Shown piece after piece: positions 36,481 through 47,015 of a stretch of DNA of 64,000 bases (within the stretch, counting starts at the first letter, position 1; every line of letters begins with the position of its first letter). The translations under genes were made by a program, and so were the position numbers. Below the pieces are notes generated by a model. The model did no database searches, was not told where the DNA came from, and saw only the letters and a list, made by a program, of their open reading frames with translations. The stretch comes from a virus. The stretch spans positions 96,001 to 160,000 of the IMG/VR virus record IMGVR_UViG_3300028840_003497; one strand, given 5' to 3'.

Positions 36481-37047
36481 TCACACTCTGCCTCCACGTG
36501 ACTTTTCCAACAAAAACTGCTGAATTGTCATTTCTAATTCCTGATTAGTATTAACCTTCCAGAGCCGTTGTTTCCCTTTCGCCGGAATCGGACTAGGGAA
36601 TATTGACACGTCCGAAAGATGCCAGTGAGCCATGCCAGGAACTCCCCATCTGGGAAAATCGTCATGTTCCACTTTCTCTATTACAGCCGTTCCAACAATA
36701 GCCCCCTTCACCAGCCTTTTACATTGAGGCGACAATTCCCGATCATCATCCAGCAAGTACATCTCGCACACACCGCCCAGAGAGTTGTTCGTCGGAATAA
36801 ATGACATGTAGTCCATGTATTCACCGAACATCCATCCCCAGCCTTCACGAGACGCCATGTTGCCAACGGACTTCAGCCCGGACCTCATCGCAGACATTCC
36901 TGGTCTACCCCCCACATGCGCGCCCGCATGTAACGCAATCCTCTCCCCAATAAAACCAGCAGGAGGAGTCCAGCTTCGATTCTCCACGGTCTTCCCCAAA
37001 TACTGAATCGCCCATATCCACTCCGGCCAGATCGTAAGCGCTCTCAT
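36481..37047 (-). CDS. ASCH domain protein
   Basis: MRALTI..W...I...GKTVENRSW...IALHAG...GAIVG...KGKQRLW. Confidence 0.85.
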   Translation of the reverse strand: MRALTIWPEWIWAIQYLGKTVENRSWTPPAGFIGERIALHAGAHVGGRPGMSAMRSGLKSVGNMASREGWGWMFGEYMDYMSFIPTNNSLGGVCEMYLLDDDRELSPQCKRLVKGAIVGTAVIEKVEHDDFPRWGVPGMAHWHLSDVSIFPSPIPAKGKQRLWKVNTNQELEMTIQQFLLEKSRGGRV

Positions 37048-37418
37048 TCGGCACCTCTATCCACATGTTCTCCATCTTTCAAATTTTTCAGATTATTATC
37101 GTCCATCAGTTTGCTCTCACTCTGAGCGCCTCATTGACGCAACTCCCCGCCATCTTTTTCCAGGCGTCACGGTCCCGTTCCGAGCAGTCGAGTGCGTGCT
37201 CGATCTCCGGGCACGTCCTCGACATCTGGCATGAGTGCAGGTCTGCCTGACACTTGTCGGACACATCTCCAGCGGCGTACTCATACACACGCGCAGCATC
37301 CAGCTGGTCCCTCAACTCGTCCCTCTGACGAACCGCGAAGAACGCGAGCACCGACTCCACACAGAGCATTATCGAAACAACTAGCAACATCCACCACGGA
37401 ACACATCTTTTCATTCAT

Positions 37419-37967
37419 TCACTCCCAAGGGCAATCCACCTGTTTCACCCAGTCATTCCTCTGCAGATCCCATTGCAAACTTGCCGTCCCGAGGAAAGTA
37501 GGACTCCCTCCCGGAGCAACAGATGCCGGGTCCATATCCATGAATTCTTTATACATGCCTTCGCATCGCTGTAGGTATGTTGCCATAAATTCCGAGCAAA
37601 ACAACTCACCTTTTTTGTGTAGCGGATTCACAATCCTTCTTCCAAATACACGCCACATGTAAAGCTTAGCCAAGAACCCAGCAACGCCATCCCAATCGTA
37701 CTTATCTCCAACGAGATACCTGACACGAGACATGCCACTGGCCAGGTCCAACTTGAAGAAATCGTAGCACTCCACGTAGCTGTACTCGACTCGCTCAGCC
37801 GGGATCTTTACGACACCGCGTTCGTCAACCTGGACCGCCCACCAACCACCCCATTCACCCGAGGTATACGCTAGGAACGCGTGGTTTACATTGCTGCGAG
37901 TAATCTTCCGGATCGCCTTTCCGTACCACTTGTCAGAAGCTGACAAACATACAAGAACTTTGCTCAT
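37419..37967 (-). CDS. Permuted papain-like amidase (YiiX/YebB-like NlpC/P60)
   Basis: N-terminal NHA, GDKYDW, C-terminal FCSE. Confidence 0.75.
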   Translation of the reverse strand: MSKVLVCLSASDKWYGKAIRKITRSNVNHAFLAYTSGEWGGWWAVQVDERGVVKIPAERVEYSYVECYDFFKLDLASGMSRVRYLVGDKYDWDGVAGFLAKLYMWRVFGRRIVNPLHKKGELFCSEFMATYLQRCEGMYKEFMDMDPASVAPGGSPTFLGTASLQWDLQRNDWVKQVDCPWE

Positions 37968-37968
37968 T

Positions 37969-38187
37969 CTATTCCTCCTGGTTGATCGCCTTCAGAAGAG
38001 CCTGATAAGCGATATTGAAGTTCTTGTGACGAGCTACTTGGCCTCCAATATAGTCGTCACAGATCTCCATTTTACCAGTTGGAATATGGGTAAGTCTAAC
38101 GAAACAACTCTCGTCACAAAGATTACTCGAAGGGCGACACCATTCGATCTTCAGATCCTTATCTGGAATACGCTCAGACGAGATCAT
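37969..38187 (-). CDS. Peptide release factor domain-3-like miniprotein lacking the canonical GGQ loop
   Basis: IPDKDLKIEW.R...VRLTHIPTG...C......HKN...A...L; SD GGAGG. Confidence 0.6.
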   Translation of the reverse strand: MISSERIPDKDLKIEWCRPSSNLCDESCFVRLTHIPTGKMEICDDYIGGQVARHKNFNIAYQALLKAINQEE

Positions 38188-38245
38188 TCTCCAACCTCCT
38201 CTGCAACTCCGGAACCTCGACCCACCCGTGACCGCGCATGAACTC

Positions 38246-38773
38246 TCATCTCTCATTCCATTTCCGCCAGCAGGCCACGCATAGATGATTCGTCTCGCCA
38301 CTAACTATCTTATCTATCAGTTCTTTGAGAGCGTCAGGATTAGACTCAAACCTGAACATTATTCCGTGGCTGATATGGCGTGTCACATGATCCCCGCAGT
38401 CTGGACACTTCCATCCTATCGAATATCCACCATCCCCTGCGCGACCTGTCTCGATCTCATTCAGCTTCTCCTTCGGACCGGTCCACCCAAAAGGCCACTC
38501 GTCATGGATTATTTCCTCCTCACGACCGGCCCTATCGCGAACATGCCTCTTAAATCGCGCAAGCCCTTTCCGAGACACCCGATCCGCCATGTCAGCCATG
38601 CTGGTTGGCATCGCAGATCGGCCCAATTCGCGCCTGCGATCTTCCTCGGAACGAACCTTCCACTCGATTTCCCGGATCCGGGCCATCGCACTTTTGCGCT
38701 CGTTCTCCGGAGTTTTAGGATGATCAGCGAGCGAACGAAGCGCCGACAATTTCTGACGTGTCGCTCGCCTCAA
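38246..38773 (-). CDS. Hypothetical protein
   Basis: N-terminal L..LADHP.T...ER..A motif also seen inside 53025..53597; two CxxC pairs. Confidence 0.6.
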   Translation of the reverse strand: MRRATRQKLSALRSLADHPKTPENERKSAMARIREIEWKVRSEEDRRRELGRSAMPTSMADMADRVSRKGLARFKRHVRDRAGREEEIIHDEWPFGWTGPKEKLNEIETGRAGDGGYSIGWKCPDCGDHVTRHISHGIMFRFESNPDALKELIDKIVSGETNHLCVACWRKWNER

Positions 38774-39375
38774 GGCTCCTCTTTCTCCAAATCAATACCG
38801 GCCACTTCAAGAACCGAATCAACAAAAATGCTCATCGCCGCATCAAATACATCTTCTGACAGTTTGTATTCGCCACGGCCAAGCCAGTAGTCAGACCCAC
38901 GCTGGTCGAGAAAATCCACCCGTCGATCGATCATTGTCCGATTCGTAAATTTAGGCCAATTTTGTTCCAACATGAGAACTGTCTCTATCATTTCATCATC
39001 TATCCGACGCACGGCCCCATTCTCACCCTTGGCATAGATCGGAAACGTAACCTCATGCTGCTCCTCCTTACCATCTACCCCGATTACCCGAACCATCACC
39101 GGATCAGGCTCCAGATTCAACTCCAGCGCCTCTAGTGTGCCAGCCAGTTCGCCCTGCAACCTCTTGGCCCGATCCAAACAGCCTCGCCGATCTTCAGGGC
39201 TTAGATTCGCACACACGGCCTCTCCCAGAGCACCCTTCGCCGCATCAAGAACCCGGCTCAAACGCTCCAGATCTATTGTTTTGTCCTGGGGCTCTTCTTC
39301 GGTACCAGGCATCGGAACCACTTTTTCATCAACCATATCAATCTCCTGTCTGCGATGAAGCGAGGACGATTCCAC
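38770..39375 (-). CDS. Hypothetical protein
   Basis: ORF on the coding strand. Confidence 0.6.
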   Translation of the reverse strand: MESSSLHRRQEIDMVDEKVVPMPGTEEEPQDKTIDLERLSRVLDAAKGALGEAVCANLSPEDRRGCLDRAKRLQGELAGTLEALELNLEPDPVMVRVIGVDGKEEQHEVTFPIYAKGENGAVRRIDDEMIETVLMLEQNWPKFTNRTMIDRRVDFLDQRGSDYWLGRGEYKLSEDVFDAAMSIFVDSVLEVAGIDLEKEEP

Positions 39376-39977
39376 TCTTCAGGCCGACCCATTTTACATC
39401 CACATCAACACCCGTGGAGATCGCCCTCGCAATACCCTCGGATTGAAAATGTGATATAGCCATATTCATCTGAAAACGATCCAGATCAGACGCCTTCTCC
39501 GGACTCATCATTTTGACCTCTTCGTACAATTTAATCGCTCGCGCGGAAACATTCTCTAAGATCTCCATGTAAGCCGCATCCGCATATTCGGTTTTGAATT
39601 TCATATTAATTCTTTTCTATTCCGTCCCTGGCTTGCAAACGCAGTCCATCGAGCCGTTGCCGACCATCTTGTTAATGAGCTTCAAACTCTCAATTTCTCG
39701 ATCCATCTTCTCGATCATCCGATGGTACCGAGTGTTATTTTCCCGATCACGCTCTTCCCGTAAATTGTTCCCCTTGATCAAAAACGCACTATAAGCCCCG
39801 ATAATGATCACCGCCGAAAACCAAATAAAGAACCACTTGATCCACGGCCCGAAATCGATCGCCAACCAATCACCCCGGACCCACCGCCACCGATTACTAT
39901 TGTCTTTGTTTTTCATCTTGCTCCTCCTCGACATCAACATCGAGTATCATGCGAACATGCTACCGTTGTGCGCTGCG

Positions 39978-40283
39978 TTAGTCAACTTCATCTTCGTTCG
40001 GTCTAACCAAACGCAACCCCGGTCGCTCCTTCTCCTGCGAACTTGAGTTCGTGGCCAAGTCTGGAACCCAGCATTTCTCAAAGATCCTCCCGGCAATATC
40101 CAGAGCATCCCGGGACACTAACCGCAGCCTGTGGGCCAACTGAAAAAGAGCCTCCTCCGCTGTGTCCGACGTACACACTATCCGAAACGAATCCGACCCA
40201 GCCAGATCGCGCATGGTCACGCGAGCGAAATGATGCCCGTCGCTCTCGCGATCGAACTCCTCCAACTGGATCTCATGCTTCAT
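39978..40283 (-). CDS. Hypothetical protein
   Basis: ORF on the coding strand. Confidence 0.5.
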   Translation of the reverse strand: MKHEIQLEEFDRESDGHHFARVTMRDLAGSDSFRIVCTSDTAEEALFQLAHRLRLVSRDALDIAGRIFEKCWVPDLATNSSSQEKERPGLRLVRPNEDEVD

Positions 40284-41653
40284 TTCACATCTTGCCTATC
40301 GCTCACATTCACACTGATCCTCACTTCTCTTTTCGCAGCAACATTTTCACAAAACGCACGCTCATGCTCAACAGAAAATAACAAAAGCATGCCTCCAACA
40401 CCCCCAGATCAAAACGAATCATCTGGCCAGCAAATACCATTCCAACACAAAACCACAGCCACTCTTTTACGTTCATCGCGAACCTTCCAAAATCCTGCGT
40501 ATTTCTTTATCGTACTCTCGTTTTTCTCTCTGGGATTTCTTATCAATACGCCTGTGATCCAACATAATTGAAATCGGAAGCCATATTGCCGCGATGAGAT
40601 ACGCTGCCATAAAAGCCAAAGCGCAAAGTGTGTCGTCATTCATTTCGTCACATCTGCTTTCTCTCCAACATGAACCTCCGTCAATCCCCAACGCTCAACC
40701 CCTGCTCTTTCCGCCGAGTGATATTGGAACGCCCATTTGTCTCCGAAATGCTCAACCATCTTCTCTCTGGCACTTCTGTGTGTCCCATGAAACACCACAT
40801 AGCATCTGTCCATCCTCCTGCCGTCGTGGATGTGATTGTAACCAAAAGTAAAAAACCAATCCCGCCCTGCATTCTCTTCGGTCTCTTCAACCTCTTTCAA
40901 TATTTGGCAGTACCAGCAGTCATCCCCCGAACACCTGGACATGGTTCCGTTTCCCATATACTTCTCGCCCTTGAATTCTTCCATCGAATCTCCTACTGCT
41001 CGCCGAGGTCTTAATCTCGGACTCTTCAATAATGCAAACTTACCCAAAAGTTCCCCAAATGCAAAACCCACCAATTTCCGTCATACCAAGTGTAGTAGCA
41101 TCCAAACTGAGGTATTCTCTGAAGGCCACAACAAAGCTCTCCGAGACTCAGAATCGACCAAATGTGCTCAATCTTCTCCATCGCTCAAATCCGTCTTGCG
41201 AGCCCACATTTGTATATAATTGCCGATCTCGTCCCGACTGGACGAATAAAACTCCCAGCCACACCCCCTGAGCAATGATTCGGCAGATGTCTTAAAATGC
41301 ACACCAAGATCTTCGATAACATGAGTCGTGCCGTCATAGTATTCTTCAACCAATGCAATCGCTACCTTTCTCGCATCTAGAACAGTAAGACCACTATTCA
41401 CGACCTTTATTCGCTCACTTTTCTTCGCCATTTCATCTCCATTCTATTCTATCGGCTTAGAGCCTCACAGTATTTACCCCACAACTCGTGGGACAATTCT
41501 TGTTCAGCCTCTGTCATCAGCAAGCTCGAATTCGAACCTTGAAAAATAGCCGCTTCATGGCCTTGATCCTCGCAGAATTTCAAAAACGCTGCAGCTTCGT
41601 CAATGTCGCTATCGATTAGTAACGTCATTTCAATCTCCTATTTTGGTATCCAT

Positions 41654-41911
41654 CTAGTCGTTCTCCAGCCTGCTGACCTCCAGCCGAACGAGGAGTTGCC
41701 GCTTAGCTTCCGCCAGATCAGCCTCCAGGGCCGTGACCTCGCCGAGTGCCCTGACCAGCGCGCTACTCTTCTCGCGCCCGAGGGCACCGAGAGCCCCGCT
41801 TTCGAGAACGTCAACCAGATCAAAACTAACACTAACAAGGACTTCCCTGTCGCCTTCGTCTCGCCTGTCACAAACTTTAACCGTTGCCATCTTGAACCTC
41901 CTCCCGGCCAT
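41654..41911 (-). CDS. Hypothetical protein
   Basis: Behind a GTTGACAAAC promoter; SD GGAGGAGG. Confidence 0.6.
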   Translation of the reverse strand: MAGRRFKMATVKVCDRRDEGDREVLVSVSFDLVDVLESGALGALGREKSSALVRALGEVTALEADLAEAKRQLLVRLEVSRLEND

Positions 41912-42186
41912 CGCAGCCGGTATCCTTGGGTTGTCAGTAACATAAACCAGCTTGCGGCGTTTGTCAACCCTGTTACGGACTTAAATGGGTGTGTTGACCC
42001 ATATAGTATTCCTCTCTGCTTCTTTCCTGAATTTTAAGCGGAGGCAATATATGGCGTGCCATCCCGGCTCAAGTCAAGTCATCATTTTCATATTCGACAT
42101 TACCCCCTGATTACGCATAGTTAGTGGTTGGATGTAATCGCGAACTTGAGTTCGTTCAAGATGGTCCGAGATGTTATTCTCTCGAA

Positions 42187-43194
42187 TTAGCGGTTGATTC
42201 TCAGCTGCGTTGTCAGTTGCGACCACGCGTACAATTCGCGCATAGCAAATTTCTCCAGATCGGACCATGGCGTCCCCCGGACCTCAGTCGCCTCGTATGC
42301 AGCCCGAGCCTCTTCCTTCAGTTGCTCGGCCCACTCCTCGATCTCGGCTGCCGAGTACTTGCCCTGCTTCACATCGAGAATCTCCTGCGCGTAGGTCAGC
42401 GGGAACTTCAACTCGCCAGTCTCCATCAGTTCCTTGCCGCTCATCAGGAGGTGGATCAGGTTCGACGCGAACTTCGTGTCGTAGCCAAACCGCGTAAAAA
42501 GGACCACCCGGCTCGTCGCATTGTCCAGCCGGTGCCGGATCATCTTCTTGGCCTTCTTTACGGACACCCCGCGCTCAAAGGAGAGGTCGCCGCATCTGAC
42601 GTGCTTGCCTTTGCCCTCCCAGGTAAACGGTGGATGCTTCCCCTCATTGGTGCCGATCTCGACAGGGTCGATCAGCATGACAATCTCGGCCATGACTCGA
42701 TGTTCGTCCTCCTTGTCCAGGATCTCTAGCCCTCGCAGAAGGTCCTTATAGTTCGCGGGCTTGATCCGCATCTTGTGAAGCTGGGCATCAGCATAAGCAA
42801 CGAATCGTCGGTACGCACCCTTGTGGACGATCTTGTCCTTCAGGGCCAGCATCCGGTCCGCAAACCCATGCTCGTCCCGGAACAGGATGTTCTCCTCATT
42901 CACAAAGATCGTGTGGATAAAGTTCGGGTTATTCTCCATCACGGTCTTCACGAACTTTCGATAGTCGTGGATCTTATAGTCGATCGCATCCTTCGTGTTG
43001 CGCCCGGTGTCGTCCTTGTCCACCTTCCCCAGATCGACCTCATCGCACCGCTGAAACCCGAAGATCGTCTCGTCCGGCGGCATAAAAATCCCAAAATAAT
43101 CCTCGTCGCTGTCGGGAGTGCTCGTGCCAAAAAGGTGAGATCCCACCCGTATTTTCAGAATCGCGTTGTCCTGTGCCCATTTGCTGAAGTCCAT
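42187..43194 (-). CDS. Pol-beta superfamily nucleotidyltransferase (RNA-repair-associated type)
   Basis: VGSHLFGTSTPDSDEDYFGIF, NNPN, GYDTKFA. Confidence 0.85.
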   Translation of the reverse strand: MDFSKWAQDNAILKIRVGSHLFGTSTPDSDEDYFGIFMPPDETIFGFQRCDEVDLGKVDKDDTGRNTKDAIDYKIHDYRKFVKTVMENNPNFIHTIFVNEENILFRDEHGFADRMLALKDKIVHKGAYRRFVAYADAQLHKMRIKPANYKDLLRGLEILDKEDEHRVMAEIVMLIDPVEIGTNEGKHPPFTWEGKGKHVRCGDLSFERGVSVKKAKKMIRHRLDNATSRVVLFTRFGYDTKFASNLIHLLMSGKELMETGELKFPLTYAQEILDVKQGKYSAAEIEEWAEQLKEEARAAYEATEVRGTPWSDLEKFAMRELYAWSQLTTQLRINR

Positions 43195-43267
43195 GTCTCC
43201 TCCTATCTATTACTGACAGTTTATTTTTAATCATTTACCAACACACCCATCCGCATCCAACCCGCCA

Positions 43268-43708
43268 TCATGATCCAGATATAATCTTGTCCCTGTGTAC
43301 TGTATACTCCGGGTCATCATCGCCTGAAGCCAAGCCCAGATTGGCCTCGGCCCACTCCAGAGCTTTTTCCAGCCGCTTAATCCTAGTCTCCCTATTAGCC
43401 AACATGATCTTCATGCTGGCAATACGATGAATATCAGTCGGTAACAACAGACCATACTCACGCTTGGCTGCATCTGTAAGCCGAAGAAACCTCGATCGAA
43501 CAACTGACTTGTCTGCAGGGATTACATACCCCTTCTTCTCAAAAGCCTTCACATAATCGTGTACCGCATTTGTCGACGAGATACCCAGGGCCTTCCCCAT
43601 CTCCCGCCACGTAGGAGGAACCTCATGCTTTTGCATAAAATAGACAATAAAATCCATCATCAACCTCTGCCTGTCAGTCAACTGGCCTAACGCCTTCGAT
43701 CCATTCAT
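43268..43708 (-). CDS. LexA-like DNA-binding-domain repressor (no peptidase domain)
   Basis: LTDRQ...FI......PPT.REMG.ALGISSTNAV...KKGY. Confidence 0.85.
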   Translation of the reverse strand: MNGSKALGQLTDRQRLMMDFIVYFMQKHEVPPTWREMGKALGISSTNAVHDYVKAFEKKGYVIPADKSVVRSRFLRLTDAAKREYGLLLPTDIHRIASMKIMLANRETRIKRLEKALEWAEANLGLASGDDDPEYTVHRDKIISGS

Positions 43709-44060
43709 TTTAGTCCTCCAAAATTCGCACACTTGCTATGGCATCATAGTTACTGTCTTCTTCTAGAGTATCCCAGTATTTCCAACTATCCTCTGGACCG
43801 CCGGGAATGAGTTCTACTATCTCACCCCAGCCATCATTGTTTTTATCAATCTCCAACGGCAAACTGGCAGGCTCATACACCTCTCGCGCCTGTTCTACTC
43901 CCCAGCATTGACCAGTCCACCACTGTCCATTCGTGTTTTCGATTGCTACTTTCATTTTCTAACCTCTCTTCCGGCATCGCGCCGGACATCTTTAATTGCT
44001 GTCAGTATGTTAAGCTATCGCACAGGTTTGTCAACTTGTTTCCTCGATAAAAATAAAAGG

Positions 44061-44089
44061 TTGACTAACGGGGCTGTAGGCTTTAACGT
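44061..44089 (+). promoter_or_regulatory. sigma70-type promoter of the plus-strand island
   Basis: TTGACT-N17-TAACGT, divergent from a minus-strand TTGACA at about 44029-44034. Confidence 0.65.
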
Positions 44090-44136
44090 ACCCATCAGGC
44101 AAAACGATACTCGGGAAGATCCCGGGAGGAGATTTC

Positions 44137-45594
44137 ATGAAAAACACTGACGAACAACAGGCCATCATCAACTCAACACCGTCCACTGGGGGATCGCTTC
44201 TAGTCACGGCCTTCGCCGGTACCGGGAAGACCTTCACCCTCCAGAAGTACGCGGAGGAGCGTCCTGCGGACAAGATTCTATACGCCGCGTTCAATAAAGC
44301 GATCCAACTGGAAGCCGAGCGGAAAATGCCGATGAACGTGACCAGCAGGACAACGCACTCACTGGCCTATCGCGCGTGCGCGCTACCCTATCAGAAGGCC
44401 GGGCTCCTGCGCGGATACATCCCGCTATGGGGAGTTGCCAAAATACTGGAGACCAACATCGTGATCGCAAACTTCGCGCTCTCCGTAGTCAATAACTTCA
44501 TCGCATCGCCAGATCCGAAGATCACAAGCGCCCACATCGGGCAGGAGATCCACGATTACTACGAACAGGCTGATCACATGCCACCATTTGTAGAGATGGC
44601 GAGAATGATCTGGGACGACATGAAGAGCCTTGGCCAGCGAAGTCTCCCGATGACACACGACGGGTACCTGAAACTCTTCCAGCTCTCCGGCCCCGATCTA
44701 CGCTTCGACTACATCCTGCTCGACGAGGCCCAGGACACCACGCCATGCGTCTGGGATATTATGACCAACCAGAGCTGCCGGAAAATAGTCGTGGGCGATG
44801 AACACCAAGCGATCTACTCCTGGCGAGGTGCCACTGATGCCTTGAAACTCGTCGAAGATGCCGAACACCTTTATCTCACCCAGAGCTTTCGATTCGGACC
44901 CGAGATCGCAGCACTGGCCACCACCATGCTGCAGCGATTCAGAGGAGAGAAAAACAAACTCCTTGGATTGGAGTCGATCCCTACAAAGATCCATACAGGA
45001 GGCCGCCCGGAGAAAAGAACCATGATCTGCCGGGGCAACATGCAAATATTCCGATCCTCCGCCACCGAGTGCCAATTTGGAGAGAAGAGTCTGGGTTTCG
45101 TAGGAGGAGACCACCGTAATTACCGCTTCCAGACCGTACTCGACGCTTACCACGTCTTCGATGATCAGCCCGAAATGGCCAAGGATGCACTCATCAAATC
45201 CTTCGAGACATTCGAAGATCTCCTGGAGTTTGCTGGCAAAACCAAGAACAATGAATTAGAAGGAGCCTGCCAACTGGTAGAAGAGTACGGTGCAAGGATC
45301 CCCATCATATTCCACGAAGTAAAGAATAGAGACGTTGGTGCTAAGTTTGGAGACCTAGCGTTTGCCACCGGCCACAAGGCCAAGGGGATGGAATTCCCGG
45401 TCGTCGAAATTGGATCAGACTTCAGCGCCCGGATCGAGGCCCACCAGAAGAACCCGAAAGAGGGCATCATGAATTCCCACGAGATGAACCTGCTATACGT
45501 AGCCATCACCAGGGCCACAGAGCACCTATACCTCTCACCCAGTATTGTGGACTTCATTCAGCACGGAACCATCAAAAAGGAGGGACAGCTATGA
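44137..45594 (+). CDS. UvrD/Rep-family (SF1) helicase
   Basis: AFAGTGKT, TTHSLA, LLDEAQD, VGDEHQAIY, SFRFG, HKAKGMEF, YVAITRA. Confidence 0.93.
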   Translation: MKNTDEQQAIINSTPSTGGSLLVTAFAGTGKTFTLQKYAEERPADKILYAAFNKAIQLEAERKMPMNVTSRTTHSLAYRACALPYQKAGLLRGYIPLWGVAKILETNIVIANFALSVVNNFIASPDPKITSAHIGQEIHDYYEQADHMPPFVEMARMIWDDMKSLGQRSLPMTHDGYLKLFQLSGPDLRFDYILLDEAQDTTPCVWDIMTNQSCRKIVVGDEHQAIYSWRGATDALKLVEDAEHLYLTQSFRFGPEIAALATTMLQRFRGEKNKLLGLESIPTKIHTGGRPEKRTMICRGNMQIFRSSATECQFGEKSLGFVGGDHRNYRFQTVLDAYHVFDDQPEMAKDALIKSFETFEDLLEFAGKTKNNELEGACQLVEEYGARIPIIFHEVKNRDVGAKFGDLAFATGHKAKGMEFPVVEIGSDFSARIEAHQKNPKEGIMNSHEMNLLYVAITRATEHLYLSPSIVDFIQHGTIKKEGQL

Positions 45595-45884
45595 GTGCAG
45601 ACAACTGGGCGCTTTGCCCACGGTGCAAAGAGAGGGACATCGAGAGACTCCGCACTGCGGTCGAGATGGTCAAGAAATCGTACGGCAAAGTCCCCGAGGA
45701 AGAGTACATGCAGATGAAGGAGGATCTCGCCAAGGCAGATCCGGGAAACGCCACCGACCCCACACTGCGCGAGGACTACGAAATCGGAATCGGGAAGGAC
45801 GGAATGTTCTCGATAACCTTCCGGGCAAGCTGCAAATGCGGCTTCAGGTTCACGTTCTCGTTCAAGGAGAAGGTGTTAACATGA
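45591..45884 (+). CDS. Small zinc-binding protein
   Basis: CPRC...CKCG; ATGA overlap with the helicase stop. Confidence 0.7.
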   Translation: MSADNWALCPRCKERDIERLRTAVEMVKKSYGKVPEEEYMQMKEDLAKADPGNATDPTLREDYEIGIGKDGMFSITFRASCKCGFRFTFSFKEKVLT

Positions 45885-45963
45885 AAACTTGATATGATTC
45901 GCCTTTAGAGCGATCATGTCTTTAGATGCGGCGCAAGATGCGTCACTGTTGAAAGGATGCAAG

Positions 45964-46647
45964 ATGTACAGAGTAAATGTAGAGTTGAACGGTTGCACGG
46001 ATGTTGGAGGCAGCGACCTCCTGATGCATAACGACAATTTGACGTGGCGGGATGAAATGGATTTGTGGTTACAAGAACCCTTAAACAAGAATTCCAGCAG
46101 GGCCGGGGATGATCGTTCTCCAGCATGGCGCTGGCTCGGTTACTGCTACCACGACGGCGAAGTCGTAGGAATCCCAAGCGACAACCTGATGACCTGTATG
46201 CGGGGCGGAGCAACAATGATCAACGTCCCAGGCAAAGGCAAGAAGACATATAAAGCTCAGAGCCAGAGCGGACTCTTGGTTAACGAGATTCTGTGGCCAA
46301 TCACAGTCAATGACGGCCAGATCATCAAATGGGAAGATATTGCTTCCTTGGCAAATGAAGAGGACTTTAATAAACACGTTGCCCGCGCCAACGAGCTAGG
46401 GATCGAATTGTTCGTCAAATCGGTGAGGATCGGGCAGTCCAAGAACATTCGAGTGCGCCCGAGGTTCAAAAACTGGAAAGCGAAAGGATCAATAACGGTC
46501 CTGGACGACACCATCACAATCGATCTATTGAAACGATTTCTGGAATGTTCTGGAATGTTATGCGGACTCTGCGATTGGAGACCGTCATCGCCGAGATCAC
46601 CTGGACCGTTCGGAAAATTCGTCGCCACGGTTACGAAGGCTAAATAG
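45964..46647 (+). CDS. RAMP/Cas7-like protein associated with the GGY-NN array
   Basis: N-terminal strand ending LLMH, IPSDNL..CMRGGA (compare the RAMP IPGSSLKG..R motif), RVRPRF, terminal Gly-rich loop GMLCGLCDWRP...GPFGKF. Fold inferred, not searched. Confidence 0.65.
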   Translation: MYRVNVELNGCTDVGGSDLLMHNDNLTWRDEMDLWLQEPLNKNSSRAGDDRSPAWRWLGYCYHDGEVVGIPSDNLMTCMRGGATMINVPGKGKKTYKAQSQSGLLVNEILWPITVNDGQIIKWEDIASLANEEDFNKHVARANELGIELFVKSVRIGQSKNIRVRPRFKNWKAKGSITVLDDTITIDLLKRFLECSGMLCGLCDWRPSSPRSPGPFGKFVATVTKAK

Positions 46648-46657
46648 GTAGACGCAT

Positions 46658-46973
46658 GGATCTGGGTAAGGCTAGGCCAGGCTTGGCGTGGCATGGCAAG
46701 GCGAGGATCGTGGCAAGGCGAGGCATGGCGCGGCAAGGCGAGGCGCGGCGAGGAACGTGGCAAGGCGAGGCATGGCAAGGCGGGGCTGGGCAAGGCGAGG
46801 ATCGTGGTAAGGCTAGGCGTGGCTTGGCAAGGCTGGGCATGGCGAGGAACAGGGTAAGGTGTGGCAAGGCAAGGCGGGGCAAGGCATGGCGAGGAACATG
46901 GCAAGGCAAGGCAAGGCGCGGCATGGATCGTGGTAAGGCAAGGCTAGGCGTGGCCGGGCAAGGCGAGGAACGT
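46658..46973 (+). repeat. Phased GGY-NN pentamer array: 7 units delimited by GGAWC-NN
   Basis: Delimiters at 46658, 46705, 46752, 46799, 46846, 46893, 46925, 46967; units hold 8,8,8,8,8,5,7 pentamers. Confidence 0.95.
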
Positions 46974-47015
46974 GGAAAACATCATGGAGTACAACAGTAT
47001 CAACGGAGGAGTACA

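Noticed and set aside
45950-45966. Resemblance of the contiguous unit-2 NN string (AAGAATGCAAGAGC) to AAGGATGCAAGATG at the RAMP-like gene start
   Set aside because: Short, mismatched and purine-rich; chance cannot be excluded without computation.
46658-46973. Classical CRISPR array or simple microsatellite
   Set aside because: No 23-50-nt direct repeats with unique spacers; fixed unit length and position-restricted variation argue against slippage.
46656-47015. N-terminal extension of ORF 46656..47501 and antisense ORFs over the array (46257..46904, 46640..46924, 46813..47016)
   Set aside because: ARRG/LALP-type repeats are by-products of a 5-nt periodic, stop-poor array; the real start with a strong SD is at 47016.
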